Assembly: GCA_963725865.1 (NCBI GenBank)
Contig: CAVSAC010000012.1
Span: forward strand, 224,001-288,000
Source of the DNA: Candidatus Eiseniibacteriota bacterium
Lineage (GTDB): Bacteria > Eisenbacteria > RBG-16-71-46
Length of the DNA: 64,000 bases
Direction: 5' to 3'
The number at the start of each line of letters is the position of its first letter. The first letter of the stretch is position 1. This document shows positions 1 to 9,055 of this stretch, one piece after another. The position numbers and the translations under genes were made by a program. A model generated the notes under the pieces. That model was not told where the DNA came from. It did not search any database and worked only from the letters and a program-made list of their open reading frames with translations.

Positions 1-671
1 TTCATGCCCGGGTTCCAGGCGAGCGCCAGCCCGGTGGTCGCGTCCAGCGCGCCGAGGTTGGCGCGCGGCTGACCGCCGATCACCGAGAACGCGCCGCCGG
101 CGTACACGGTCGAGCCCGACACCGCCAGGGCGTAGATCGTGCCGTCGCAGCCGGGATTCCACGCGGTCGGGGAGCCGCTCGTGGTGTCCAGCTCGGCGAT
201 CGCGCCGCGTGCCTGGCCGCCCACGCTCCCGAACTCGCCGGCGGCGATCAGGGTGCTGCCACGCATCGCGAGCGCGAAGACGATCCCGTCGGCGTGCGGA
301 TTCCACGCATCGAGCGTGCGATCGGCGCGGATGTGCGCGAGGTGACGCCGATCGACCCCGGACACGGACTGGAAGTCACCGCCGATGAACCAGCCGCCGC
401 GACCATCGGGCACGCAGGCGTACACCCCGCCGAACACTCGTGGCCAGTCCGGATCGAGCTGCGCGGAGCTGGTCGGGAACGGGACGAAGTCCCCGGTGCG
501 CGGTCCGACCCACGCGAACGCGCCGCCGATGTAGAGCGTGGTGCCGTCGATCGCGCTGGCGTAGACCGAGCCGTCGGCGGTGGGGAAGCGCGGCGCGGCC
601 TCCTGGGCCGCACTGCGGGCGGCGGCCGCCAGCGCGACGAGGACGGCGAGCCCGCGCGCGACGCGCGACAT
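1..671 (-). CDS. Secreted beta-propeller repeat protein, partial (runs off the window edge)
   Basis: Not in the ORF track. Manual translation from ATG 671 gives MSRVARGLAVLVALAAAARSAAQ (signal peptide), then ~50-aa repeats of the type 'DGxVYA..(Y/F)xGGxFxxVGGxxRxxLAxLDxxxGxxxxWNP'. The frame stays open to position 1. Confidence 0.8.
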   Translation of the reverse strand, partial: MSRVARGLAVLVALAAAARSAAQEAAPRFPTADGSVYASAIDGTTLYIGGAFAWVGPRTGDFVPFPTSSAQLDPDWPRVFGGVYACVPDGRGGWFIGGDFQSVSGVDRRHLAHIRADRTLDAWNPHADGIVFALAMRGSTLIAAGEFGSVGGQARGAIAELDTTSGSPTAWNPGCDGTIYALAVSGSTVYAGGAFSVIGGQPRANLGALDATTGLALAWNPGM

Positions 672-902
672 CCGGGTCCACGTTGGAGCGCAAGGCGGTC
701 GTCGGGAGGATGCGGTCGCCGACACGATGTCTCCGCGGGCAGGATGCAGGGCCGAGGTCGGGGCGGCGTTCGAGGGATCGGGTGGCCGCCTTCGTTTCGT
801 GGACGACTCCAGCATAAGCGTTCCCGCGCGGGGGCTCCACCCCTCCGCGCGAGCCGCCCGCGCCCCGCACGCCCGCCGATCGGCGGCGGTGCCGGGGCGG
901 CG

Positions 903-1301
903 TCACGCGCCGGCGATCGTGGTGACCTCGAAGCGCGGCGGGGACTCGAGGTGCTTCTTGACCGCGCACTGGTCCGCCGCGCGCACCAGCGCGGCGTGGT
1001 ACTTCTGCGGGAAGCCCGGGGGAACGTGGATGTCCAGCGCGATACGCTCGACCATCCCGCTGGTCGGATCGGTCTCGACGCGCTGCACGAGGCGAAGCCC
1101 GTCGGTGGGCAATCCGCGCTGGCGGCAGAAGCCGAGTACGTAGATGCCCGCACAGGTGCCGATCGAGGCCAGGAAGGTGGCGAACGGGGTGGGGGCCGTG
1201 CCCTCGCCGCCGCCGTGAGACGACTGGTCGGTGTGCACCGTGAAGGGGCCGATCCGGGCGTCCACGCGGGCGCCCCCGGGGAACTCGATCATCATCTCCA
1301 T
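903..1301 (-). CDS. OsmC family protein
   Basis: Start re-picked at MEMMIEFPGG. Motifs TDQ..GGEGTAPTPF..FLASIGTC and a second Cys in DQCAVKKHL are typical of OsmC-like proteins. Confidence 0.85.
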   Translation of the reverse strand: MEMMIEFPGGARVDARIGPFTVHTDQSSHGGGEGTAPTPFATFLASIGTCAGIYVLGFCRQRGLPTDGLRLVQRVETDPTSGMVERIALDIHVPPGFPQKYHAALVRAADQCAVKKHLESPPRFEVTTIAGA

Positions 1302-1405
1302 CCCAAGGTCCTTTCCGCGGTCGTGGACGCTGGATCGCGTCCACCGGATGAGAGACCCGGAACTCCGGAATGGATGCGGCGGCCGGAGGCGGCTAAGCTG
1401 CCGGC

Positions 1406-2035
1406 ATGGGAACCCGGGACCGCCGTGTCGACGCCTACATCGCGAAATCGGCCCCTTTCGCGCGTCCGGTCCTCGCGCACCTGCGCGAGGCGGTGCACGC
1501 CGCTTGTCCCGGTGTCGAAGAGACAATGAAGTGGGGTCATCCCCACTTCATGTACCACGGCATGCTGTGCGGCATGGGGGCATTCCAGCAGCACTGCACG
1601 TTCGGGTTCTGGAAGGGCGAGCTGATCGTGGACCCGAAGGACCGCCCCGCGGAGCAGGGGATGGGGCAGTTCGGGCGCATCACCGCGCTCGCCGACCTGC
1701 CCGCGAAGCAGGTGCTGCGCGGCTACGTGCGGGCCGCGATGAAGCTCAACGAGCAGGGCGTGCCCAAACCGGCGATGGTCCGGGCGCGCCGGAAGGCCGC
1801 GTCGAGCGCGCGACGGCCGGTCGTCTTGCCCGCTGAGCTCGGGGCCGCGCTCGCCCGACAGCGTCGCGCGCGGACCGCGTTCGAGGGCTTCAGTCCCAGC
1901 CAGCGCCGCGAGTATGCGGAGTGGATCGCCGAGGCGAAGCGCGCCGAGACGCGCGCGGCCCGGGTGAGGCAGGCGATCGCCTGGATCGCCGAGGGGAAAC
2001 CGCGGAACTGGAAGTACCTGAAGCGCTGGCGGTGA
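1406..2035 (+). CDS. YdeI/OmpD-associated family protein (DUF1801 + OmdA-like)
   Basis: N-terminal VDAYI..LREAVH..EETMKWGHPHF and C-terminal AFEGFSPSQRREYAEWIAEAKRAETRAARV..GKPRNWKY. Confidence 0.85.
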   Translation: MGTRDRRVDAYIAKSAPFARPVLAHLREAVHAACPGVEETMKWGHPHFMYHGMLCGMGAFQQHCTFGFWKGELIVDPKDRPAEQGMGQFGRITALADLPAKQVLRGYVRAAMKLNEQGVPKPAMVRARRKAASSARRPVVLPAELGAALARQRRARTAFEGFSPSQRREYAEWIAEAKRAETRAARVRQAIAWIAEGKPRNWKYLKRWR

Positions 2036-2065
2036 GCCGCCGCCGCCCGCGGCACTCGGCTCCGC

Positions 2066-2581
2066 TCAATCGGCCGCGGTCGCGCCCGCGTTGGCGGCCC
2101 GGACCGGCTCCGGACGCGGCGCCGAGGACCTCCCGCCGGTGAGCAGCAGAACGCCGGCGAGGATCATCGCCACCGCGATCGCCTTGCGCGGCGTCATCGA
2201 TTCGCCGAGCAGCAGCCACCCCAGGAGCACCGCGACGGCCGGCGCGAGCGTGAACGCGATCGGCTTGATGCGCGAGATGTCGTCGAGGTTGAGCGCCGCG
2301 TAGAAACAGATCATCGCGGCGGCGCCCGCGACCAGCCCGGAGCCCAGCACGAGGCGCGAGACGTCCGCGCCGTCCAGCGATCGCCACCAACCGCGTGGCT
2401 CCGCGCCGAGAATCGGGACCGCGATCACGTACGCGAGCCACAGCAGTGGGAGCGCCACCGTCGAGCGCACCGCGATGGCGGTGATGGGACCGATGCGATG
2501 CGTGTGGAGCACCATCTTGGTGCACAGTTCGCCGACGCCCCAGAAGAGGCCGGCGAGGATCGCCAGACCGATGGCTTTCAT
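2066..2581 (-). CDS. EamA/DMT family transporter (single domain)
   Basis: About 5 hydrophobic helices with LAGLFWGVG and PIAFTLAPAVAVLLGWLLLGE motifs. SD CAGGAG lies before ATG 2581. Confidence 0.8.
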   Translation of the reverse strand: MKAIGLAILAGLFWGVGELCTKMVLHTHRIGPITAIAVRSTVALPLLWLAYVIAVPILGAEPRGWWRSLDGADVSRLVLGSGLVAGAAAMICFYAALNLDDISRIKPIAFTLAPAVAVLLGWLLLGESMTPRKAIAVAMILAGVLLLTGGRSSAPRPEPVRAANAGATAAD

Positions 2582-2747
2582 GAAGTCGATCTCCTGACGG
2601 GGCGCTGCCATGGCGGAGCCGCGGCACGCGCGCCCGGGGAACTTCGGTGGATGTCCGAGCGGAGGATCCTGACGCTGCCATGGTAGCCGCCCGCGCGGCG
2701 GAAGCCCACTCGACCGGAGCCTCGGGCCTGGGGCGAGGCGACCTCGT

Positions 2748-3215
2748 TCAGTCGCCGAGCAGGCGCTGGGCGCTGGCCTCGGTCGGCGGATGCAGAAGGA
2801 CCAACGCGATCGACACGGCGGCGAACGGCACGAGCGTCGCGGGTGGCGAACCGGCCATCGCGATCACGAAGCCAGAGATCGCGACCGCCTCGAACTGCCC
2901 CCACTGGATGATCATCGCAGTGCGGGCGAGCGGCTCGCGGATCGCGTCGGTGACCGCTCCGGCGCTCGCGGCCCGCTCGACAGCGGCGCGACCGACAATG
3001 CGGGGCAAGATGAAGCCCAAGATTCCCGAGCCCGCGGCCCCAACCGTGAGCAACAGGTCGACCGGACGCGTGAAGTCGGGCAGACCGATGCCGAAGGGGG
3101 TCCCGGGCTTGTTCAGGAACCCGAACACGGCGTAGCCCACCGGAGCGAGCAGCATCGCGCCCCAGATGATCCACTTCGTCGATGCGGGCGCCGGTGTCGT
3201 CGTCAGGTCAACCAT
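2748..3215 (-). CDS. Hypothetical membrane protein (~4 TM)
   Basis: 155-aa ORF with four hydrophobic segments and coding-like composition. Confidence 0.65.
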   Translation of the reverse strand: MVDLTTTPAPASTKWIIWGAMLLAPVGYAVFGFLNKPGTPFGIGLPDFTRPVDLLLTVGAAGSGILGFILPRIVGRAAVERAASAGAVTDAIREPLARTAMIIQWGQFEAVAISGFVIAMAGSPPATLVPFAAVSIALVLLHPPTEASAQRLLGD

Positions 3216-3281
3216 GGCGCGATCCTGCCGCCTTGCGGACGTCGAATCAACCCGGTTCGCGCCCGGGCGCCGCGGCCGCCC

Positions 3282-4121
3282 TCAGCGTGTGGGGACCTCG
3301 ATGTCGAGCGCGATGCGCCACGAGTCGCCCTCGCGCCGCCAGATGCGGACGTAGGAGACGGTGTCCGCGGGCGGCCCGCCGTTCCCGTGCGAGTCCGTGA
3401 ATCCGAGGCCGCGCGTGAACGCGAGGTCGCCGGAGCGCGCCACTTCGCCCGCCCGCGGCTCGACGCGCGTGCCACCGTCGGGGATGACCAGGTGCGCCAC
3501 GTTGGCGGCGCTCCGCGGCGGCGCGCCCTCGCGCAGCACGCGCAGGCCGGCGGCGCCGAGCGAATCCGCGCGGAAGCCTCCCGTCAATCGCGCCACGGCA
3601 CGGTCGCGCTCGAACAGGGCCGCGAGCGCCGAGGCGGGATGCGCCGCATCGTCTCTGGAGTGGCTGCGGAGCACCGGAGTCGGAGTGAGGGTCGTGGGGC
3701 GTTCGTGCGAGACGCCGAGGTCCGCGAGCAGCCGCCACGGACCGGGGGGCGTGCGCCGCCAGATCGAGACGTAGTGCCCGTAGGCCACCGGCGTGTCGGC
3801 CGCGCTGGGCCGGAACGACCACGGTCCGGTGGTGAATCCGAGATCGCCGGCGGCCGCGACCTCGGCGAACTCCGGCTCCCACGCCAGCACGCCGGGACGC
3901 GGCGACTGCGCGGTCCACACCGCGCGGCCGTTCACCGCGGTGGGGCGGAAGACCACACCGCTGTCGTCGAGCACCGCGAGGAACGCCGCGCGCGTGCCGG
4001 CGGTGGCGGCGATGCGCGCGAACGCGTGCTCCGCCTCCACCAGCGAGCGCGCCGAGCCGGCGGCCACCGCGGACGCGGACGCCAGCGCGATGAACCAGGG
4101 GAGCACCGCAGCGACCGTCAT
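3282..4121 (-). CDS. Secreted tandem NTF2/SnoaL-like (DUF4440-like) protein
   Basis: Signal peptide and two repeats of 'GDL(G/A)FTxG...YVxIWRR...WRxxxD'. SD GGAGG lies upstream of ATG 4121. Confidence 0.75.
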   Translation of the reverse strand: MTVAAVLPWFIALASASAVAAGSARSLVEAEHAFARIAATAGTRAAFLAVLDDSGVVFRPTAVNGRAVWTAQSPRPGVLAWEPEFAEVAAAGDLGFTTGPWSFRPSAADTPVAYGHYVSIWRRTPPGPWRLLADLGVSHERPTTLTPTPVLRSHSRDDAAHPASALAALFERDRAVARLTGGFRADSLGAAGLRVLREGAPPRSAANVAHLVIPDGGTRVEPRAGEVARSGDLAFTRGLGFTDSHGNGGPPADTVSYVRIWRREGDSWRIALDIEVPTR

Positions 4122-4305
4122 CAATGCGACCTCCATTCGCGGCCGAACGTCGGACCCGGATCGATCCGGCGGAGATTAGCGCGCCGGAACAACCGCGCTC
4201 AATCGTGGATCGCGCGGCCGAGAGGGCGAGAGCGCCCGGTCCATCCGAGGCGTCCGGGCATCGAACACGGCGATATCCCACTCACCCGGACCGCCCGAGG
4301 ATCGC

Positions 4306-4893
4306 ATGCGCTCTCATCAAATCGTCGTCTCGCTGCTGGTCACGCTGCTGGCCGTCACCTCCGCGTCCGCGTCGGGAGACTACTCGCGGCCGCCGGCTCC
4401 CACAGGGAGTGCGAACGACTCGCCGGATGCCTTCCGGCAGAAGACGCCGCGCGAGGAGGCGGAGCGCTGGTACGCGGACGCGTTCGAGGACGTGCGGAAG
4501 GGGCGCGAGGATCTCGTCGCGGGCAAGACCCAGAACGCCGGGAAGCGCCTGCGTCGTGCGCGCGAGCGCGCCGCGCGCGCCGTGGACCTGGACTCGACGT
4601 TCTACGAGGCCTGGAACCTGGTGGGCTACTCGGCCCGCAAGACCGGCGACTACCCGTCGGCGTTCGCCGCGTACGAGCGGTGCCTGAGGCTCAAGCCTGA
4701 CTACGCGCCCGCGCGGGAATACGTCGGCGAGGCGTACGTGGAGGTGGGAGACCTGGTGCGGGCCCGCGAGCAGCTGCGCTGGCTGGAGAAGCTGGGCGCC
4801 GCGCAGGACGCGAAGGAGCTGCAGGCGGCGATCGATGCCGCGGCCGCCGGAGCGAAGCCGGAGGCGGCGACATCGGGGACCGATTCGCACTGA
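4306..4893 (+). CDS. Secreted tetratricopeptide repeat protein
   Basis: Signal peptide and TPR helices (EAWNLVGYSARKTGDYPSAFAAYERCLRLKPDYAPAREYVGEAY). Confidence 0.85.
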   Translation: MRSHQIVVSLLVTLLAVTSASASGDYSRPPAPTGSANDSPDAFRQKTPREEAERWYADAFEDVRKGREDLVAGKTQNAGKRLRRARERAARAVDLDSTFYEAWNLVGYSARKTGDYPSAFAAYERCLRLKPDYAPAREYVGEAYVEVGDLVRAREQLRWLEKLGAAQDAKELQAAIDAAAAGAKPEAATSGTDSH

Positions 4894-4961
4894 GCGCGCG
4901 CACTGGGGGACGTGAGCGTGCATCCGGCCGGACGTGCGGCCGGTCCCCACGACCAACGAAG

Positions 4962-4990
4962 GGCCCTCCGATCGAATCGACCGGAGGGCC
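4962..4990. terminator. GC-rich hairpin between convergent genes
   Basis: GGCCCTCCG...CGGAGGGCC inverted repeat between the TPR and YceI stops. No U-tract. Confidence 0.5.
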
Positions 4991-5013
4991 TCGTCGCGTG
5001 GGGTCGGGGGACC

Positions 5014-5628
5014 CTACTTCGCGGGCTCATCCTGGCGGACGGCCTCGACGTGCAGCTCGATCCGCACGTCGTCGCCGAGCAGGGTGCCGCCGTTGTCGAG
5101 GGCCTTGTTCCAGATCACGCCGTAGTCCTTGCGATCGATGGTCGTGGTCGCGTCGAAACCGGCGCGATAGCCCATCGACTGCCCGCCCATTCCGAACGGA
5201 CCTTCACCCAGCAGCTCGCAATCCAGCGTCACCGGCTTGGTGACGTCGCGGATCGTCAGGTCACCGGCCACGGTGAACTTGCCATCCTTGATCGCCGAGA
5301 CCTTCGTGCTCTTGAACGTGAGGGTCGGGAACTTCTCGACGTCGAAGAAGTCGGGCGAGCGCAGGTGCCCGTCGCGCTTCTCGTTCGCCGTGTTGATGCT
5401 CTTCGCCTGGATCGTGAACTCCACCGACGAGGCGGGCAGCGCCTTGTTGTCGTAGAGCAGCGTGCCGCTGAAGTCGGTGAACTTGCCCGGCACCTTCGAG
5501 AAGATGTGGCGGATGGAGAACCCCACGCCAGTGTGGGCGGGATCGAACGTGAACTTCGCCGGCGCGGCGGAGGCGGCCGTCGCCAGGGTGATCGCGGCCA
5601 GCGACAGCAACCAGTTGAAGCGCTTCAT
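5014..5628 (-). CDS. YceI family lipid/polyisoprenoid-binding protein
   Basis: Signal peptide; motifs DPAHTGVGFSIRH, RDGHLRSPDFFDVEKFP, GDLTIRDVTKPV and IDRKDYGV. SD AAGGAG. Confidence 0.93.
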   Translation of the reverse strand: MKRFNWLLSLAAITLATAASAAPAKFTFDPAHTGVGFSIRHIFSKVPGKFTDFSGTLLYDNKALPASSVEFTIQAKSINTANEKRDGHLRSPDFFDVEKFPTLTFKSTKVSAIKDGKFTVAGDLTIRDVTKPVTLDCELLGEGPFGMGGQSMGYRAGFDATTTIDRKDYGVIWNKALDNGGTLLGDDVRIELHVEAVRQDEPAK

Positions 5629-5787
5629 CCACGTCTCCTTCAGATCGGGGAGTGTGAGACTCGAGTTCCGGCGGCCCAGCGCGATGCTTCGCTCGCGAGA
5701 ACGTACGCGATGGCCTGCAACGCCGCGTTCGATGTTCCAGGACTCCGATGGATGCCGGGCGACGCCGATCGCCCCGAGAACTTAACG

Positions 5788-5801
5788 TGTGTTTGAACAC
5801 A
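5788..5801. promoter_or_regulatory. Palindromic candidate operator upstream of yceI-like gene
   Basis: TGTGTT-TG-AACACA in an AT-rich patch, abutting a minus-strand TACACT (-10-like) at 5801-5806. Confidence 0.4.
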
Positions 5802-5887
5802 GTGTATCCCCGATGAACGGCGGCCACTGTCCGCCTGCCACCACGCGGGGTCCCAGCGTGCGTCCACGGGCCGGCGGAGGGGCTTGC

Positions 5888-5916
5888 TTGTGCCGAGCGG
5901 ATGCGGCCTCTAGCAT
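5888..5916 (+). promoter_or_regulatory. Sigma70-like promoter of the zincin/ATP-grasp pair
   Basis: TTGTGC-N17-TAGCAT, ending 11 nt before ATG 5928. Confidence 0.45.
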
Positions 5917-5927
5917 CGGCACCCGCC

Positions 5928-6938
5928 ATGATCTTCGAGAATGCTCCCCCGGACATCCGTGACCTGCTCTCCAAGCGCATCAGCCAGCTCGGGCTGAGGC
6001 TCGAGGGCTCGCCGATGGAGCGCCGGGTCCAGCAGCTCCATCGCGAGCTCGACCGCAAAGGGCTCAAGCGATTCCGTCCGGTCTGCTACCTCACGGACGA
6101 GTGGGGATGCCCGGATGGCCAGCCCGTGATCGGCATCCCGTTCTACCTCGCCGACCCCAAGCTCGCCCGCCTCGAGCACGCGATGAACGATCTCGAGGAC
6201 GAGCGCGAGATCATGATGTACCTGCGCCACGAGGCGGGACACGCCTTCAACTACGCGTATCGCCTGTACGCTCAGCCCGAATGGCGCGATCGCTTCGGTC
6301 CCTTCAACCGCCGCTATCGGGAGCGCTATCGGCCGGTGCCCTTCAGCCGCAAGTACGTGCGGCACATCGCGGGTTGGTACGCGCAGAAGCACCCGGACGA
6401 AGACTTCGCCGAGACGTTCGCGGTGTGGCTCACGCCACGCTCGAACTGGCGTGCGCGATACAAAGCGTGGCCTGCGATCCGCAAACTGCGCTATGTTGAT
6501 GCCGTGGCGCGCCGGGTCCGTGACCAGGAGCCGGTCGTTGCAAGCGAGATCCTCGACGTGACGGTCGAGGACATGAAGCTCACGGTGGAGCAGTTCTACC
6601 GGCGCTGGCTCCGGCAGAACGGGGCCGCGGTCAACGTGGCGCTCGAGGCTGACCTCGGGGACATCTTCGTGCCCCGGGGGCGCCGCCGGAAGCATGTACG
6701 CCCGGCGGCGGACCTGGTCGAGGAGCAGCGCCTGACGCTGACCGACAAGATCACCTACTGGACAGGGGTCAAGCGTCCGGTGGTGCGCGCGCTGGTCGAG
6801 CGGGTGGTCCGCACCTGCCGTGAGAAGGACCTGGTGGTGGACACGACGCGGGAGACGGCGACGATGGTGGAGCTCACCGTCTACGGCACCACGCTGGCGA
6901 TGAACTACCTGACGCGCGGCAGATTCGAGCAATCCTGA
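5928..6938 (+). CDS. Putative zinc-binding metallopeptidase (zincin-like)
   Basis: HEAGH (HExxH) motif and downstream YAQKHPDEDFAETF motif. No signal peptide. Confidence 0.8.
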   Translation: MIFENAPPDIRDLLSKRISQLGLRLEGSPMERRVQQLHRELDRKGLKRFRPVCYLTDEWGCPDGQPVIGIPFYLADPKLARLEHAMNDLEDEREIMMYLRHEAGHAFNYAYRLYAQPEWRDRFGPFNRRYRERYRPVPFSRKYVRHIAGWYAQKHPDEDFAETFAVWLTPRSNWRARYKAWPAIRKLRYVDAVARRVRDQEPVVASEILDVTVEDMKLTVEQFYRRWLRQNGAAVNVALEADLGDIFVPRGRRRKHVRPAADLVEEQRLTLTDKITYWTGVKRPVVRALVERVVRTCREKDLVVDTTRETATMVELTVYGTTLAMNYLTRGRFEQS

Positions 6939-6987
6939 ATCCTCCGGCCCACCGGATGGGCCCTGCATCGAGACGGCGAGGATCGCC

Positions 6988-8016
6988 ATGGCGAAGCTTC
7001 GGATCGGCGTTCTGTACGACTTCTGGTACGACGACGACGAGGAACGCGCACCCGACGCCCGGCCCAAGCGCAAGGGGGCCGACGAGGACGTCCAGGAGGT
7101 CTACGAGGCGCTGAAGAAGGCCGGGCACAGCCCCATCTACCTGCGCCTCGACGGTACCCCCGACAGCCTCAAGGAGCTGGCCGCGTCCGAGACCGACCTG
7201 CTGTTCAATCTGGTCGAGTCGTTCGGCGGCGACGACACGGCCGACAGCCGGGTGGCGGGCTACCTGGAGCTGCTCGGGCGGCGCTTCACCGGCTCCGGCT
7301 CGCACGGCCTGTACCTGGCGCAGGACAAGGCGCTCGCCAAGAAGATCTTCGCCTTCCACGGCATCCACACGCCGACTTTCGCCATGGTGTATCGCGGGCG
7401 CACCGAGCACGCCCACGACATTCAGTTCCCGGTCATCGTGAAGCCCGCGCGCGAGGACGGTTCGATCGGGATCCGGTTCAACGCGGTGTGCGGCTCCATC
7501 AAGGAGATGATGGAGCGCCTCGACTACATCCACGCCGAGTTCGACACCCCCGCGCTCATCGAGGAGTACATCGAGGGCCGCGAGCTCTACGTCGGCGTGC
7601 TCGGCAACGAGAAACCGGAGGCGTTGCCGATCGTCGAGATGGACCTCTCGAAGCTGCCGGAGGGCACGCCGCGGATCGCGGGCGCCGAGGTGAAGTGGGA
7701 GGAGGATACCGAGGCGTATCGGACGACCCGGCCGTTCTTCCCCGAGGACCTCGACGAGACCCTCGAGGAGCGGATCAAGGAGACGGCCGTGCAGGCCTAT
7801 CAGGCGCTCCAGCTGCGCGACTACGGGCGCATCGACATCCGGATGGCCGCCGACCAGACCATTCACGTGCTCGAGGTGAATCCGAATCCCTATCTGCTCT
7901 CGACCGCCGAGTTCGCGATGGCCGCGAATCAGTCCGGCCGCTCCTACACGGACCTGGTCGCCGAGATCACGAACCTGTCGCTCGCGCGCTACGAACGCAG
8001 CGCCCGCACCAGCTAG
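6988..8016 (+). CDS. D-Ala-D-Ala ligase-like ATP-grasp protein
   Basis: ATP-grasp motifs DKALAK, FPVIVKPAREDGSIGI, LIEEYIEGRE, YGRIDIR and EVNPNP. Confidence 0.85.
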   Translation: MAKLRIGVLYDFWYDDDEERAPDARPKRKGADEDVQEVYEALKKAGHSPIYLRLDGTPDSLKELAASETDLLFNLVESFGGDDTADSRVAGYLELLGRRFTGSGSHGLYLAQDKALAKKIFAFHGIHTPTFAMVYRGRTEHAHDIQFPVIVKPAREDGSIGIRFNAVCGSIKEMMERLDYIHAEFDTPALIEEYIEGRELYVGVLGNEKPEALPIVEMDLSKLPEGTPRIAGAEVKWEEDTEAYRTTRPFFPEDLDETLEERIKETAVQAYQALQLRDYGRIDIRMAADQTIHVLEVNPNPYLLSTAEFAMAANQSGRSYTDLVAEITNLSLARYERSARTS

Positions 8017-8097
8017 CCGGTCCGCGCCGCGCTCCGCGGGCGCCGTCCGCGGTGGTCCCGAGGCCGGCGCCCGCTGCTCCCTCCGCTCCGCCCCCTG

Positions 8098-8904
8098 CTA
8101 TCGGATGAGCGCGAACGTGCGCGTCGCGTCGACGCCGTCGGCTCGCAGGTGCACCCGATAGACTCCCGGCGCCGCGGCGCGCCCATCGTTCGCGACACCC
8201 TGCCAGCGGAACGGATGCTCGCCCACGCCGAGTTGGCCACGGAACAGCGTCGCCACCCGGCGGCCGGTCGCATCGAGGACGTCCAGCGAGGCGTCCGCTG
8301 CGTGCACCATGGCAATCGTGAACCCGATGCTGCCGCGCGCGGGATTCGGTGCCGGCAGGCGCGCGAAGCCGGATCGCGAGGCGATCGGGCCGCCAGGGGT
8401 CGACGCCGCCGGCTTCACCACGACGACGCCCTTCATGTTGCTCAGCTCGTGGAACTCGCAGTAGTACGGAACCACGCTCGCATCGGGGAACGTGAAGTCG
8501 AAATCGGTCGAGCCGGTGATGAGCGTCGCGTTGAAGAGCGAGCCCGCGTTGGGGTCGGCGCTGCTCTCACCGTTCGTCACCGTGTGGATCCCGGCCCCCA
8601 GGTGCCAGCGCACCGTCTGGCCGGCGGTGATGAACACGGTGTCGATCTGCGTGGCGGCGCTGCCGTCCAGATCGAACCGGAAGTTGGTGACGCTCACGAT
8701 GACGTCGGGTGCGGCGGCGGCCTTGGTGGTGGCCAGCCGCGAGACGTGAGGCCCGGCGGCGGTCTGGATGATGAACGCGCCGGGATCGCCCGGAACCGGG
8801 GTCAGATCGGCGATGGTGCCGCACGTGACGGCAGCGGCAGGGTGGGCGAGACCCGCGAGCGAGGACACGATCGCGGTCACGGCGCAGACACTGCGCACGC
8901 GCAT
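8098..8904 (-). CDS. Secreted cupredoxin (blue copper) protein with C-terminal FlgD-Ig/T9SS-like domain
   Basis: Signal peptide; type-1 Cu ligands in GIHTVT and YYCEFHELSNMKG; C-terminal PNP..DATGRRVATL..WQG..GVY domain. Confidence 0.8.
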   Translation of the reverse strand: MRVRSVCAVTAIVSSLAGLAHPAAAVTCGTIADLTPVPGDPGAFIIQTAAGPHVSRLATTKAAAAPDVIVSVTNFRFDLDGSAATQIDTVFITAGQTVRWHLGAGIHTVTNGESSADPNAGSLFNATLITGSTDFDFTFPDASVVPYYCEFHELSNMKGVVVVKPAASTPGGPIASRSGFARLPAPNPARGSIGFTIAMVHAADASLDVLDATGRRVATLFRGQLGVGEHPFRWQGVANDGRAAAPGVYRVHLRADGVDATRTFALIR

Positions 8905-9055
8905 GGGAGACTCCACGGTGAGGGCACGGGGCCCGGGACAAGGACGGCGGGGGCAAGGCCGCGGGAGCGCCCGACGGCTGATGCTTGGACTCCCCCGGTG
9001 CGACGTCCGGTGCGTGAAGGCACCGATCCCATTGGCGATGTGTAGCTGGGTCGAA

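Noticed and set aside
1323..1344. Hairpin GTGGACGC-N6-GCGTCCAC in the OsmC leader as a riboswitch
   Set aside because: It is a single 8-bp stem with no recognisable aptamer consensus.
6988..8016. Calling this gene ddl
   Set aside because: It lacks canonical Ddl substrate-binding motifs and cell-wall gene context.
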